From positions 2,607 through 66,606 of the forward strand of contig JAIBAI010000008.1 of assembly GCA_019695235.1 (NCBI GenBank): a stretch of DNA of 64,000 bases, given 5' to 3'. The position numbers were made by a program, and so were the translations under genes. The notes beneath the pieces are model-generated. The model saw only the letters and a list, made by a program, of their open reading frames with translations. It was not told where the DNA came from and made no database searches. Position 1 is the stretch's first letter. Each line of letters starts with the position of its first letter. This DNA is from Bacteroidia bacterium (GTDB taxonomy: Bacteria; Bacteroidota; Bacteroidia; M30B66). Shown one piece after another: positions 49,825-59,556 of the stretch.

Positions 49825-51177
49825 ATGAAAAAACTGCTACCCGCCTTTGTAGGCTGTTTTCTGCTTTGGCTCCTGCCAGCAGGGGCTCAAAATTACAATG
49901 TAACTTTTACGGTTGATTTAGGAACAGCCGTTACCCCGCATGCAAATGGGGTGCATATTGCCGGAGATTTTCAGTCAGAGGCTGGGTTTCCTAACGATTG
50001 GGAACCAGGAACCACCGCTTTGACCAATGTACAAGGTACCAACAAATACACTGTTACTGTTCAGATTCCGGCAGGTACCTATAACTACAAATTCGTTAAT
50101 GGTGACAACTGGGGCAATGGCATGGAAGAATCTATTCCAAGTGAATGTGCTTCGGGAGGTAACCGCACACTTGAAGTGAGTGGCGATGTTACCGCTGCTT
50201 TCTGCTATGGCAGCTGCCTGAACGAATGCCCTGCTTCGATTACATACCACACCCTGACGCTGAATATTGACATGCGTTACAACTGTAAATTCAATACCGA
50301 TGGCTCTGATTCGGTTGATTTTGCAGGCCCATACAACAACTGGGCTGGTGGTGATTACCTGTCGGATATTGATGGTGATGGTATTTTCAGCATTGAGCTT
50401 GACAGTGTTCCTGAAGGTGAATTCCAGTACAAAGCCCGTATCATTAAAAACCTATCGCCCGACTGGGAATCAGGCAGCAACAAAACAATTATGGTGAACA
50501 GCGATACCGTTGCTGCAACACGTTGTTTCGGAGCTGATGTAGCCGGTCAGTGCAGCCCTATTCCTGCACCTGGCGATGTAACATTCAGGGTTGACCTTAC
50601 CGAGGAGGTGCCTGCTGCCAATATTTACCTGATTGGCGACTTCACCAACCCTCCGTGGCAAGGTGGTGCTATTGAGTTGTCGCCTGTTTCCGGAAGTCCT
50701 GGGGTGTACGAAGCAACCGTAGAAGATATTTGCCCTGGTACTATCGCCTTTAAATTCGTTAACGGTGATGTGAACACTCCAGCGAACGAGGAAGCCATTA
50801 CTGATTCTACTTGTTCTGCAGACAATGGCGTAGGTGGCAGAAACAGAGTGTTTACCCGTCCAAGCGCTGACCCACAGCTGATTTACTACAAATACAACAC
50901 ATGTACCGACTTAACAGTTGGTATGGTTGACTTCCAGACTGAACAAGCCCGTATGATTCCAAATCCGGCCAGCAATGGTACACAACTTATTTTCGGTAAC
51001 AGTACTGATATCTATACTGTATCACTGTTCAATCTGGTTGGTAAAAAGCATTTTGAGAAATCTGGTGTTTCTGGTAACCTGACTATCGAAAGAGGTACGC
51101 TTAACGCAGGCATCTATTTTGTTCAAATTACCAATGCCAAAGGCCAGAAATCAGTGCAAAAACTGATTTTCAACTAA
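49825..51177 (+). CDS. Secreted protein with three CBM20/25/26-like starch-binding repeats and a T9SS CTD
   Basis: Signal peptide LLWLLPAGAQ. Three repeats of the pattern VTFTVDL...GDF...W....Y.YKFVNGD. CTD IYTVSLFNLVGKK...GIYFVQITNAKGQKSVQKLIFN. Confidence 0.6.
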   Translation: MKKLLPAFVGCFLLWLLPAGAQNYNVTFTVDLGTAVTPHANGVHIAGDFQSEAGFPNDWEPGTTALTNVQGTNKYTVTVQIPAGTYNYKFVNGDNWGNGMEESIPSECASGGNRTLEVSGDVTAAFCYGSCLNECPASITYHTLTLNIDMRYNCKFNTDGSDSVDFAGPYNNWAGGDYLSDIDGDGIFSIELDSVPEGEFQYKARIIKNLSPDWESGSNKTIMVNSDTVAATRCFGADVAGQCSPIPAPGDVTFRVDLTEEVPAANIYLIGDFTNPPWQGGAIELSPVSGSPGVYEATVEDICPGTIAFKFVNGDVNTPANEEAITDSTCSADNGVGGRNRVFTRPSADPQLIYYKYNTCTDLTVGMVDFQTEQARMIPNPASNGTQLIFGNSTDIYTVSLFNLVGKKHFEKSGVSGNLTIERGTLNAGIYFVQITNAKGQKSVQKLIFN

Positions 51178-51202
51178 GCAATTTGTGCTGAAAACATAAA
51201 GC

Positions 51203-51240
51203 AAAAGCCCCTTGCCATATTGGCAAGGGGCTTTTGCTTT
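51203..51240 (+). terminator. Rho-independent terminator
   Basis: AAAGCCCCTTGCCatatTGGCAAGGGGCTTT followed by TGCTTT. Confidence 0.7.
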
Positions 51241-51325
51241 ATATGCACCTTCAAAATACCTACTTTTGCACCTTCATTGTTCAGAGCATCGAACAGCCTG
51301 AACATCATGAGTTTTATTTTCAAAA

Positions 51326-52189
51326 GTGAAGCGTTACTCTCAACTACTTAAACTACGCCTTTCATGGCTGGTGGTTTTCAGTGCAGTGATTACCTACCTG
51401 ATGGCCGATATGCGCACCAACACCCCACACGACTGGTGGAGGGTGCTTATGCTTACCATCGGTGGTTTTATGGTTACCGGCTCATCAAATGCTTTTAACC
51501 AAATCATCGAGCGAAACCTCGACCGGATGATGAGTCGTACGGAAAAACGCCCTATGCCACTAAGAGAAATTTCTATGCCTGCAGCGCTCACTTTCGCTAC
51601 GCTAACCTCTCTGGGGGGCATTGTTATTCTCTGGGTTTTCCTCAATCCACTCTCAGGCATTCTGGGCCTGGTAGCCTTGCTGCTTTATGTGCTTGTTTAC
51701 ACTCCCATGAAACGTATCAGCCCTTTCGCTGTATTTATGGGAGCGTTCCCAGGTGCAGTCCCCCCGCTTTTAGGATGGGCTGCTTCAACAGGTGCAATGG
51801 ATTTTGAAGGATGGGTGCTGTTTGCTATTCAGTTCCTTTGGCAATTGCCCCACTTCTGGGCACTTGCATGGATGCTGCACGATGACTATCTGAAAGCAGG
51901 TTTCTGGATGTTACCCGCCGCCGACGGACGTTCAAAAACATCTGCCCTGCAAATCATGATTTATACCGCCGGAATAATTCCTGTCGGCTTGCTTCCTTAC
52001 CTCTTCGGGTTTGCAGGTGTTGTTTCAGCAGTTATCGTAACCCTGTGCGGTATTTATTTCCTGTTTCGCTCTGTAAAGCTGCACAAGAGCCTCTCTGTGC
52101 AAGATGGAAAGCAACTTTTATTCGCATCACTTATCTACCTCCCGGTGGTGCAACTTGCACTGATGTTTGATACCATACCCCTTCAATGA
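51326..52189 (+). CDS. cyoE: Protoheme IX farnesyltransferase (heme O synthase)
   Basis: UbiA-family polytopic protein. GTG start at 51326. Followed by a cox3-like gene. Confidence 0.75.
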   Translation: MKRYSQLLKLRLSWLVVFSAVITYLMADMRTNTPHDWWRVLMLTIGGFMVTGSSNAFNQIIERNLDRMMSRTEKRPMPLREISMPAALTFATLTSLGGIVILWVFLNPLSGILGLVALLLYVLVYTPMKRISPFAVFMGAFPGAVPPLLGWAASTGAMDFEGWVLFAIQFLWQLPHFWALAWMLHDDYLKAGFWMLPAADGRSKTSALQIMIYTAGIIPVGLLPYLFGFAGVVSAVIVTLCGIYFLFRSVKLHKSLSVQDGKQLLFASLIYLPVVQLALMFDTIPLQ

Positions 52190-52779
52190 TGACGAATTAC
52201 GAACCAATATCCGATTCACCTCTGCTCCGTGAAAAAGTCAACCGGAACATGCTTTATATCGGCATCTTTACGGTTGTAATGCTCTTTGCAGCACTGACCT
52301 CTGCAGTTATTCTGCGCTCTGCTGATACTGGCTGGGCTCCCATTGCAATGCCAAATATGTTTTGGTTTAGCACCGGTGTCATCCTTTTCTCAAGCCTTAC
52401 ACTGAATATGGCCTTTAGTGCTGCCCGAAAAAATGCTTTTAACCAAGTGAAAATATACCTTTCTGTAACACTGGTGCTGGGTATCCTTTTTGGCGTATTC
52501 CAGGTTTTAGGATGGCAACAAATGGTTCACAACCAAATCTTCATGGCAGGCCCCAACGCAAGCCCCGCCGGAAGCTATGTGTACTTCATTTCATTTCTGC
52601 ACCTGGTTCATATCCTGGCCGGACTGCTTTACCTGATGGTTATTTGGACAAAATCACTTCGAAATACATATAATTCCGGTAACCTGATGGGAATAAAACA
52701 TGCTGCTATCTTCTGGCACTTCCTTGATGGACTGTGGATTTACTTGTTTTTGTTCCTCCTGCTTTCGATGAACTTCTGA
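52186..52779 (+). CDS. Cytochrome c oxidase subunit III family protein
   Basis: FWHFLDGLWIYLFLFL and other COX3-like helices. Confidence 0.7.
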   Translation: MMTNYEPISDSPLLREKVNRNMLYIGIFTVVMLFAALTSAVILRSADTGWAPIAMPNMFWFSTGVILFSSLTLNMAFSAARKNAFNQVKIYLSVTLVLGILFGVFQVLGWQQMVHNQIFMAGPNASPAGSYVYFISFLHLVHILAGLLYLMVIWTKSLRNTYNSGNLMGIKHAAIFWHFLDGLWIYLFLFLLLSMNF

Positions 52780-52786
52780 TCAACGT

Positions 52787-55219
52787 ATGAAGATTTCCTA
52801 TAACTGGCTGGGTAAATACATTCAACCCCTCCCCCCCGCTGAACAAACTGCTGAACTGCTTACCAATTGTGGACTCGAGGTTGAATCCTCACAAACTTAC
52901 GAGAACTTCCGGGGCGGACTCGAAGGCCTCGTTGTTGGCTATGTGGTTGAATGTGAGAAACATCCACAGGCCGACCGCTTATCGCTCACCAAAACCGATT
53001 GCGGTGCTTTCGGGCTAAAACAAATTGTTTGTGGGGCTCCAAATGTTAAAGTCGGTCAGCATGTTATCGTAGCCCTGCCGGGTGTTACGCTTTACCCTTC
53101 TCAGGGCGAGCCCTTTACCATTAAAGAAAGTAAGATAAGAGGCGAACTTTCTCAGGGAATGTTGTGTGCTGAAGATGAAATCGGATTGGGAGGCGCTCAC
53201 GAAGGAATTATGGTTTTACCTGGTGCACCTCAACCGGGAACCCCCTTAACAGCACTTTTTCAGGTTTACCAGGATACTGTTTTTGAAATTGGCCTCACAC
53301 CTAACAGGATTGACGCTGCCTCTCACTTCGGCGTTGCCCGTGACTTAAGAGCGGTACTTTACAAAAATCCGGAAATAACCTTAACCCGTCCGGCTGTTGC
53401 AAACACATTCGCTTCGAATGAACCAGGCCCGGTAAAAGTTGAGGTCAGGTGCCATGAAGCTCTTAGCCGATACAGTGGCGTTTGTGTTGATAATGTTAGC
53501 GTTGCCGAAAGCCCCGACTGGTTAAAAAACGCTTTAAAGACAATCGGCCTCAAACCGATTAACAATGTAGTTGACATCAGCAATTACGTATTGCATGAAA
53601 CTGGCCAGCCGCTGCATATTTTTGATTTAGATGCGATTGATTCGGGTGTGGTGCGGGTACAAACGCTTCCCGCAGGCACTTCGTTTCAGACATTAGATGG
53701 TGCACAAAGAACACTGCAGGAAAGTGACCTGATGATTTGCAACGCTGATCAACCAATGTGCATCGCCGGGGTCTTTGGCGGCTTAAAATCAGGTGTTCAG
53801 CAAGAAACCAAACGACTCTTTATTGAGTCAGCACGGTTCAATCCTACCTGGGTGCGAAAAACGGCACGCCATCATAACCTGAATACCGATGCTTCCTTCA
53901 GATTTGAACGGGGTTCTGATCCGGAAATAACCATCTACGCCCTTCAAAGGACACTCGATTTGCTCTTTGAACTCACAGGTGGCAAGCAACTTGGTGCCAT
54001 TGCCGACTGGTATCCGGAACCACAGCCATGGACAGCCTTCTTCTATCCCTGGTGGAAGTTAGACCGATTGGTGGGTTTTACTATACCCCGCAATGAGGCT
54101 GTAGAAATTCTGAGACGTCTTGAGATTGAAATTGTTGACGAAACACCGGAGGGCCTTAGCTTGCGTATTCCACCGTTTAAAGCAGATGTTACCACAGAAG
54201 CAGATGTCACCGAAGAGATTCTAAGAATATATGGCTATAACCAGATTCCACTGCCAGAGAAACTAACGGGTTCTTTCCCTTCTGTTGAGCGGCCGGATGT
54301 CTGGAAACTTAAAAATCACCTGAGCGACCACCTTGCAGCGATAGGCTTTGCTGAAGTGCTTAATAACTCCCTTGCCCCGTCGGCACTCGCAGATTTGCTT
54401 GCCAACGAGCAGCAAAAACCGGTTTTTGTGCTCAACCCTTTAAGCCAGGAGCTAAACGTGCTGCGCAACAGTGCCTTTTACGGACTCTGTGAAACCATCA
54501 GCTGGAATCGCAACCGTCAGCAACAGGACCTTGCAATTTTTGAATGGGGTAAAACCTACCTGATGAATCAGGAAGGTAAATACACAGAAAGCCAGTTCCT
54601 GGCTATCGCTCAAAGCGGATTTACCTCAGAAGAGAATTGGAACCGCCCGCAACAGAAATCAGCTTTTACCCATTTGAAAGGCGCACTTGAAAGGCTTTTT
54701 GAACTTCTGGGAATTGGTAAATCTCAGGTTGATTTTGAATCTTTCAGCCACGCCCTCTTAGAAGAGGCCCTGAGCATACGTTTTGAAGGCAAAACCCTTG
54801 GCTGCATCGGACGTATAGGCCGTGAACTTTCAAAAAGATTCGACCTTGACGAACCTGTATGGACAGCAGAATTAAACTGGGAAATGCTTTTACAGGTTTA
54901 CCAGTTGTATCGCATTAAATACACAGAAGTATCGAAATTCCCGCAGGTACGCCGCGACCTTTCACTACTGCTGAACCAGGATGTGAGCTTTTCTGAACTG
55001 AGAAAAGCAGCACAAAATTCAGAGAAAAAACTCCTTCAGGAAGTTCAGTTATTCGATGTCTATTCCGGAAAGAACCTGCCCCCTGAAAAGAAATCCTATG
55101 CCATCTCATTCACCTTCCTCGACCCGGAAAAGACACTCACCGACGAGCAGGTAAATAAGGCCATGCAGCGCATCATTCAAAGCTACAACAAGCAGTTTGG
55201 CGCAGAGCTAAGAGGTTAG
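52787..55219 (+). CDS. pheT: Phenylalanine--tRNA ligase beta subunit
   Basis: MKISYNWLGKYI N-terminus. tRNA-binding, B3/B4, B5 and FDX-ACB domain order. 810 aa. Confidence 0.95.
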   Translation: MKISYNWLGKYIQPLPPAEQTAELLTNCGLEVESSQTYENFRGGLEGLVVGYVVECEKHPQADRLSLTKTDCGAFGLKQIVCGAPNVKVGQHVIVALPGVTLYPSQGEPFTIKESKIRGELSQGMLCAEDEIGLGGAHEGIMVLPGAPQPGTPLTALFQVYQDTVFEIGLTPNRIDAASHFGVARDLRAVLYKNPEITLTRPAVANTFASNEPGPVKVEVRCHEALSRYSGVCVDNVSVAESPDWLKNALKTIGLKPINNVVDISNYVLHETGQPLHIFDLDAIDSGVVRVQTLPAGTSFQTLDGAQRTLQESDLMICNADQPMCIAGVFGGLKSGVQQETKRLFIESARFNPTWVRKTARHHNLNTDASFRFERGSDPEITIYALQRTLDLLFELTGGKQLGAIADWYPEPQPWTAFFYPWWKLDRLVGFTIPRNEAVEILRRLEIEIVDETPEGLSLRIPPFKADVTTEADVTEEILRIYGYNQIPLPEKLTGSFPSVERPDVWKLKNHLSDHLAAIGFAEVLNNSLAPSALADLLANEQQKPVFVLNPLSQELNVLRNSAFYGLCETISWNRNRQQQDLAIFEWGKTYLMNQEGKYTESQFLAIAQSGFTSEENWNRPQQKSAFTHLKGALERLFELLGIGKSQVDFESFSHALLEEALSIRFEGKTLGCIGRIGRELSKRFDLDEPVWTAELNWEMLLQVYQLYRIKYTEVSKFPQVRRDLSLLLNQDVSFSELRKAAQNSEKKLLQEVQLFDVYSGKNLPPEKKSYAISFTFLDPEKTLTDEQVNKAMQRIIQSYNKQFGAELRG

Positions 55220-55397
55220 ACCGCAGGTACTGATGCTGTTTTGTGCTAAGCTGCTTCAGTGTACTTAGTGTTAAAGAGCCCCTTGAGGGGCCAACGAACT
55301 TCAGAAAAATTAACTTAGGCGACTCCCCGTTCTGTGGCCTCTCATAGGCTGCCCAGCTTTGCTTCTTTGATTTTGCGATGTGTGTACTCGTTCATGA

Positions 55398-55417
55398 TTA
55401 GTCAAATTTATGACTAA
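55398..55417. promoter_or_regulatory. Perfect inverted repeat TTAGTCA-N6-TGACTAA upstream of the KilA-N gene; candidate operator
   Basis: ttagtcaaatttatgactaa. Confidence 0.25.
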
Positions 55418-55511
55418 ACTTGTCTGAGTATTTAGTAGGGCAGAACAAAATTGCCTTCATTGAAAGTATGATACGCCCAATGGAATAAACTGCCAATGAA
55501 AGTGAATAGGT

Positions 55512-56245
55512 ATGAGGAAACAAAATGAAATAAAAGTTAAAGATGTTTTGCTCAGGACGCTTCGTGTTGATAATGAAGACTATATAAGCATTACGGACAT
55601 TGCGAAACAAAAAATCCCATTGAGCCAAAAGATGTGGTAAAAAACTGGATGAGGTTAAAAAACACCATAGAGTATCTTGGACTTTGGGAGCAATTGAACA
55701 ATCCATCGTTTAAAGGGGTCGAATTCGCCCCCCTTTTGAAAGATGCTGGGAGTAACGCATTTACTATGAGCCCGAGCCGTTGGGTAGAGCTAACAGATGC
55801 AAGAGGGATTATTACAAAAAATGGAGCTGGAGGTGGAACTTATGCACAACGTGATATTGCATTCAAATTTGCAAGTTGGGTTTCTGTCGAATTTGAATTG
55901 TACTTGATTAAAGAATTCCAACGCCTCAAACAAGAAGAACAAAAGCTCATTGGATGGTCAGCAAAGCGTGAACTGACTAAAATCAACTACCATATTCATA
56001 CTGACGCAATTCAACAAAACCTTATCCCGAAAGAACTTACACCTGCTCAAACATCCATTGTTTATGCCAATGAAGCCGATGTTCTCAATATTGCTCTCTT
56101 TGGAATTACAGCCAAACAATGGAGAGATGCCAACCCTGATTTGAAAGGAAATATTCGCGACTATGCTTCCATTAATGAACTAATCTGTTTGACTAATTTA
56201 GAAAGCTTGAATGCCGTATTTATCAACGAGAAAATGACGCAATAA
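55512..56245 (+). pseudogene. KilA-N domain gene disrupted by a -1 frameshift in an A6 tract near codon 35
   Basis: Frame A (ATG at 55512): MRKQNEIKVKDVLLRTLRVDNEDYISITDIAKQK, then a stop. Frame B continues NPIEPKDVVKNWMRLKNTIEYLGLWE...GGTYAQRDIAFKFASW. One extra A in caaaaaatc would fuse the two frames. Confidence 0.6.
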
Positions 56246-56383
56246 GAACGGCTCCTTCGCTTGAATAATACTGCTATTCAGCAGATGAAAATTTTACAAG
56301 AAGTGGAAAAAAGAAAGCTGTTGAAATGAGTAAAAAAGAGTTCAGACGGTGTGGTTGCTAACTCCTGGCTGAACCATTGAAAT

Positions 56384-56417
56384 AAAAAAACCGGAAAGAA
56401 AGCTTCTCTCCGGTTTT
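56384..56417 (-). terminator. Rho-independent terminator of hsp20
   Basis: CCGGAaagaaagcttctcTCCGG, with a T-run on the minus strand (plus strand: aaaaaaa at 56384-56390). Confidence 0.6.
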
Positions 56418-56449
56418 ACCCTATGAAAATAACCCTTTGACTAATTTGC

Positions 56450-56899
56450 TTATTGTAACTGAATTTTTCGGCCTGTTTTTTCTTCAACCTTCTTCTTAGG
56501 CAGGTCAAGCGATAAGATGCCATTTTCAAAACGGGCACTGATGCTTTCTTGTGCTACTCCTTCAGGCAAATAAAAACTACGCTGGAAATTTTGCCTGGTG
56601 AACTCTTTACGGGTGTATTTCTTCGTGCTTTCCTGGTTCTCGGTTTTCTTTTCTCCGCTTATAACCAGATGATCATCTTCAACCGAAATGCTGATTTCAT
56701 CTTTTACAAAGCCCGGTGCAGTTAACTCTATGGTAAACAGCGTTTCACTTTCGGCAATGTTCACCGAGGGCATGCTGGTGTTGGCTATTCCTCTGAGGGT
56801 GCCGCCATTGAAGTTATCGAACATCTCATTGAACAGTTGGCCGAAGGTAGGTGCAACGCCACGCATCGTAGCTGGTTTGTTATACTTGATCATTGTCAT
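56450..56899 (-). CDS. Hsp20/alpha-crystallin family small heat-shock protein
   Basis: Alpha-crystallin domain ...LPGFVKDEISISVEDDHLVISGEKK... Confidence 0.9.
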   Translation of the reverse strand: MTMIKYNKPATMRGVAPTFGQLFNEMFDNFNGGTLRGIANTSMPSVNIAESETLFTIELTAPGFVKDEISISVEDDHLVISGEKKTENQESTKKYTRKEFTRQNFQRSFYLPEGVAQESISARFENGILSLDLPKKKVEEKTGRKIQLQ

Positions 56900-57109
56900 G
56901 GTGTGTGTATTGAATTGGTTTGTACAGGTTCCATTTCAAAGAACATTCCACTTGTAAAAACCGGTCATTATGTCGCTTTTTGCTCTGCCCTGCTGTCATT
57001 GTGGCATTTTTGCTTATTTATAACATCCCTGATTGATTATTTTTGTCAGAATCCTTTTAAGGAACGTAATTTGTAAGCAGAATAAGCGTTAAACGAAAAA
57101 TCTAAAAAA

Positions 57110-57790
57110 ATGCCTGGAATCTATTTGTTTCTGATCTTAATTATGGCGGCCAGTTGGTTTGTGAGCTACCGCCTGAAAAGTAAGTTTAAATTATATGGTG
57201 AGATTCCTGTTTCATCCGGTATGTCGGGAAGAGAGATTGCCGAAAAAATGCTGCGCGACAACCAGATTTACGATGTTCAGGTAACTTCTGTAGAAGGTTT
57301 TATGACCGACCATTACGACCCGACTAAAAAAACCGTGAACCTTAGTCCTGAAGTGTACAACGGACGCAGTGTTGCTTCGGCTGCTGTTGCTGCTCATGAA
57401 TGTGGTCATGCCGTTCAGCATGCAACTGCATACTCCTGGTTGAAAATGCGCTCAGCTTTGGTGCCAGTGGTAAGCTTCAGCTCCAATATCGTTCAATGGA
57501 TTCTCCTGATTGGCGTTTTCACCATTCAGGCTGTTCCACAGATTTTGCTGGCCGGAATTGTATTGTTTGCCTTCACAACCTTGTTTAGCTTTATTACCCT
57601 GCCTGTTGAGTTTGATGCCTCGCGTCGCGCCCTGGCCTGGTTAAACAGCACCCGCCTTACTTATGGTGAAGAGCATGAAAAAGCCAAAGATGCCCTGCAA
57701 TGGGCAGCCGGAACTTATGTTATTGCAGCCATCGGCTCACTGGGTACGCTTTTATACTACGTATCCATCTTCCTTGGCCGAAGGGAGTAA
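57110..57790 (+). CDS. Membrane zinc metallopeptidase (YugP-like, HExxH)
   Basis: AAHECGHAVQHA motif plus TM helices. Confidence 0.75.
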   Translation: MPGIYLFLILIMAASWFVSYRLKSKFKLYGEIPVSSGMSGREIAEKMLRDNQIYDVQVTSVEGFMTDHYDPTKKTVNLSPEVYNGRSVASAAVAAHECGHAVQHATAYSWLKMRSALVPVVSFSSNIVQWILLIGVFTIQAVPQILLAGIVLFAFTTLFSFITLPVEFDASRRALAWLNSTRLTYGEEHEKAKDALQWAAGTYVIAAIGSLGTLLYYVSIFLGRRE

Positions 57791-57982
57791 TTGAGCCTCC
57801 TCTTTTTTGAGGAAAGCTTTTCTGACAATATTTTATGAAGGCCTCGGCAAAGCCGTTATAAAGCTTTCATTCATCGGGTTTCTGCGAAAAAACCTTTCAT
57901 CGAACGGTTCCATGTGCTTGCTTGCCCACACGCACCCATTCTTTGCCGGAAAGGACGCTTCGCCGGGGATGTTCCCAAATGC

Positions 57983-58513
57983 TTACCTGTCTTTCCTGGC
58001 AGTAATGTCAATGCGGTGTGCCGCATCTACCCCTTCAACCAGCTTGTCTTTGCCAAATATGAAGTCTTCTCTCTCATAATTGGCTTTGGTGATGCGGGGG
58101 GTGAGGAAAATGGCCTCCTTGGGGCAGGCCTCTTCACACAATCCGCAGAAAATGCAGCGCAGCATATTGATTTCATACTTAGCCGCATACTTCTCTTCAC
58201 GGTAGAGGTGCTTTTCTTCCGGCTTACGTTCAGCAGCCACCATTGAAATAGCCTCAGCCGGACAAGCAACAGCGCAAAGGCCGCATGCTGTGCAGCGTTC
58301 TCTTCCCTGATCATCGCGTTTAAGCACATGTTGGCCCCGATACACCGCTGTAAAAGGCCTTAATTGCTCAGGATATTGTACCGTTGCAGGCTTCCTGAAA
58401 AAATGTTTCAGGGTGATACCTAAACCAACGGCAATACCCGGCAGATAAAGTTTCTCGCCAAGGGTGTACTGTTTGTTTGAAACTACTTTTGAACGATTGG
58501 TAAGCGGCTGCAT
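57983..58513 (-). CDS. nuoI: NADH-quinone oxidoreductase subunit I
   Basis: Two 4Fe-4S motifs CTACGLCAVACP and CIFCGLCEEACP. Confidence 0.9.
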   Translation of the reverse strand: MQPLTNRSKVVSNKQYTLGEKLYLPGIAVGLGITLKHFFRKPATVQYPEQLRPFTAVYRGQHVLKRDDQGRERCTACGLCAVACPAEAISMVAAERKPEEKHLYREEKYAAKYEINMLRCIFCGLCEEACPKEAIFLTPRITKANYEREDFIFGKDKLVEGVDAAHRIDITARKDR

Positions 58514-58526
58514 GAATCAGAATGTT

Positions 58527-59555
58527 TTAGTTATCAATCCAGAGCAAAACTCCTCCGGTGAGAAATATGTTTAACAATGCCAGCGGAAGCATCACCTGCC
58601 AACCCAGACGCATCAACTGATCATATCTGAATCGTGGCAGGGTCCACCTAACCCACATAAAGAAAAAGATAAAGGCAAAAATCTTCAGGAAGAAAATTAA
58701 TGTGCCTAAAAGTACAGTTACATTCTGCGAAAGTCCTAAGCTGTCAATAAAGGGGAATTGATAACCCCCAAAGAACAGACTTGCCATAAATGCAGAACTT
58801 ACAAACATATTTACATACTCGGCAAACATGTAAAAACCCAATTTCATCGAACTGTATTCGGTATGGTAGCCTCCAACCAGCTCAGCCTCACATTCAGGCA
58901 AATCAAACGGCGTACGGTTACACTCAGCAAAGGCGCAAACCATAAATATAAAGAATGCGAGTGGCTGCTTAAACACATACCAATTGAAACCCTGTTGTTG
59001 CTCTACAATCTCACCCAGACTTAATGTGCCGCTTACCATGACTAATGAAATCAATGAAAGCCCCATGCCCAGTTCGTAGCTAATCATCTGTGAAGATGCA
59101 CGTATAGCACCCAGCAAACCGTATTTGTTGTTACTGGCCCATCCACCTATCATAATGCCATATACGCCCAGCGAAACCACCCCAAACACGTACAATACCC
59201 CGATGTTCAAATCAGCCACCTGTAAGGGAATGTCTCTTCCGGCAATGTTTAAAGTGCCACCCCAGGGAATCACTACACTTGTCATCAATGAAGTGAACAT
59301 TGCCAGGCCAGGACCCAAAATGAACAAAAATTTATTCGCTGCACTGGGAATAATTTCTTCTTTGAAAAAGAACTTTCCACCATCAGCCAGCGGTTGTAAA
59401 ATTCCGAAGGGGCCAGCCCGGTTCGGTCCTACACGGTCTTGCATAAAAGCCGCTACTTTCCTTTCGGCATAAGTTGAATACATGGCAATCAGCAGTGAAA
59501 TCAAAAAGATTACCACAACAATTACCGATTTATCTATCAGATATAAGAAATCCAT
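58527..59555 (-). CDS. nuoH: NADH-quinone oxidoreductase subunit H
   Basis: Polytopic NuoH/ND1-like sequence. Start MDFLYLIDKS at 59555. Confidence 0.9.
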   Translation of the reverse strand: MDFLYLIDKSVIVVVIFLISLLIAMYSTYAERKVAAFMQDRVGPNRAGPFGILQPLADGGKFFFKEEIIPSAANKFLFILGPGLAMFTSLMTSVVIPWGGTLNIAGRDIPLQVADLNIGVLYVFGVVSLGVYGIMIGGWASNNKYGLLGAIRASSQMISYELGMGLSLISLVMVSGTLSLGEIVEQQQGFNWYVFKQPLAFFIFMVCAFAECNRTPFDLPECEAELVGGYHTEYSSMKLGFYMFAEYVNMFVSSAFMASLFFGGYQFPFIDSLGLSQNVTVLLGTLIFFLKIFAFIFFFMWVRWTLPRFRYDQLMRLGWQVMLPLALLNIFLTGGVLLWIDN

Positions 59556-59556
59556 G

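Noticed and set aside
57791-57982. Possible terminator CCTCttttttGAGG after the metallopeptidase gene
   Set aside because: The stem is only 4 bp, which is too weak to call.
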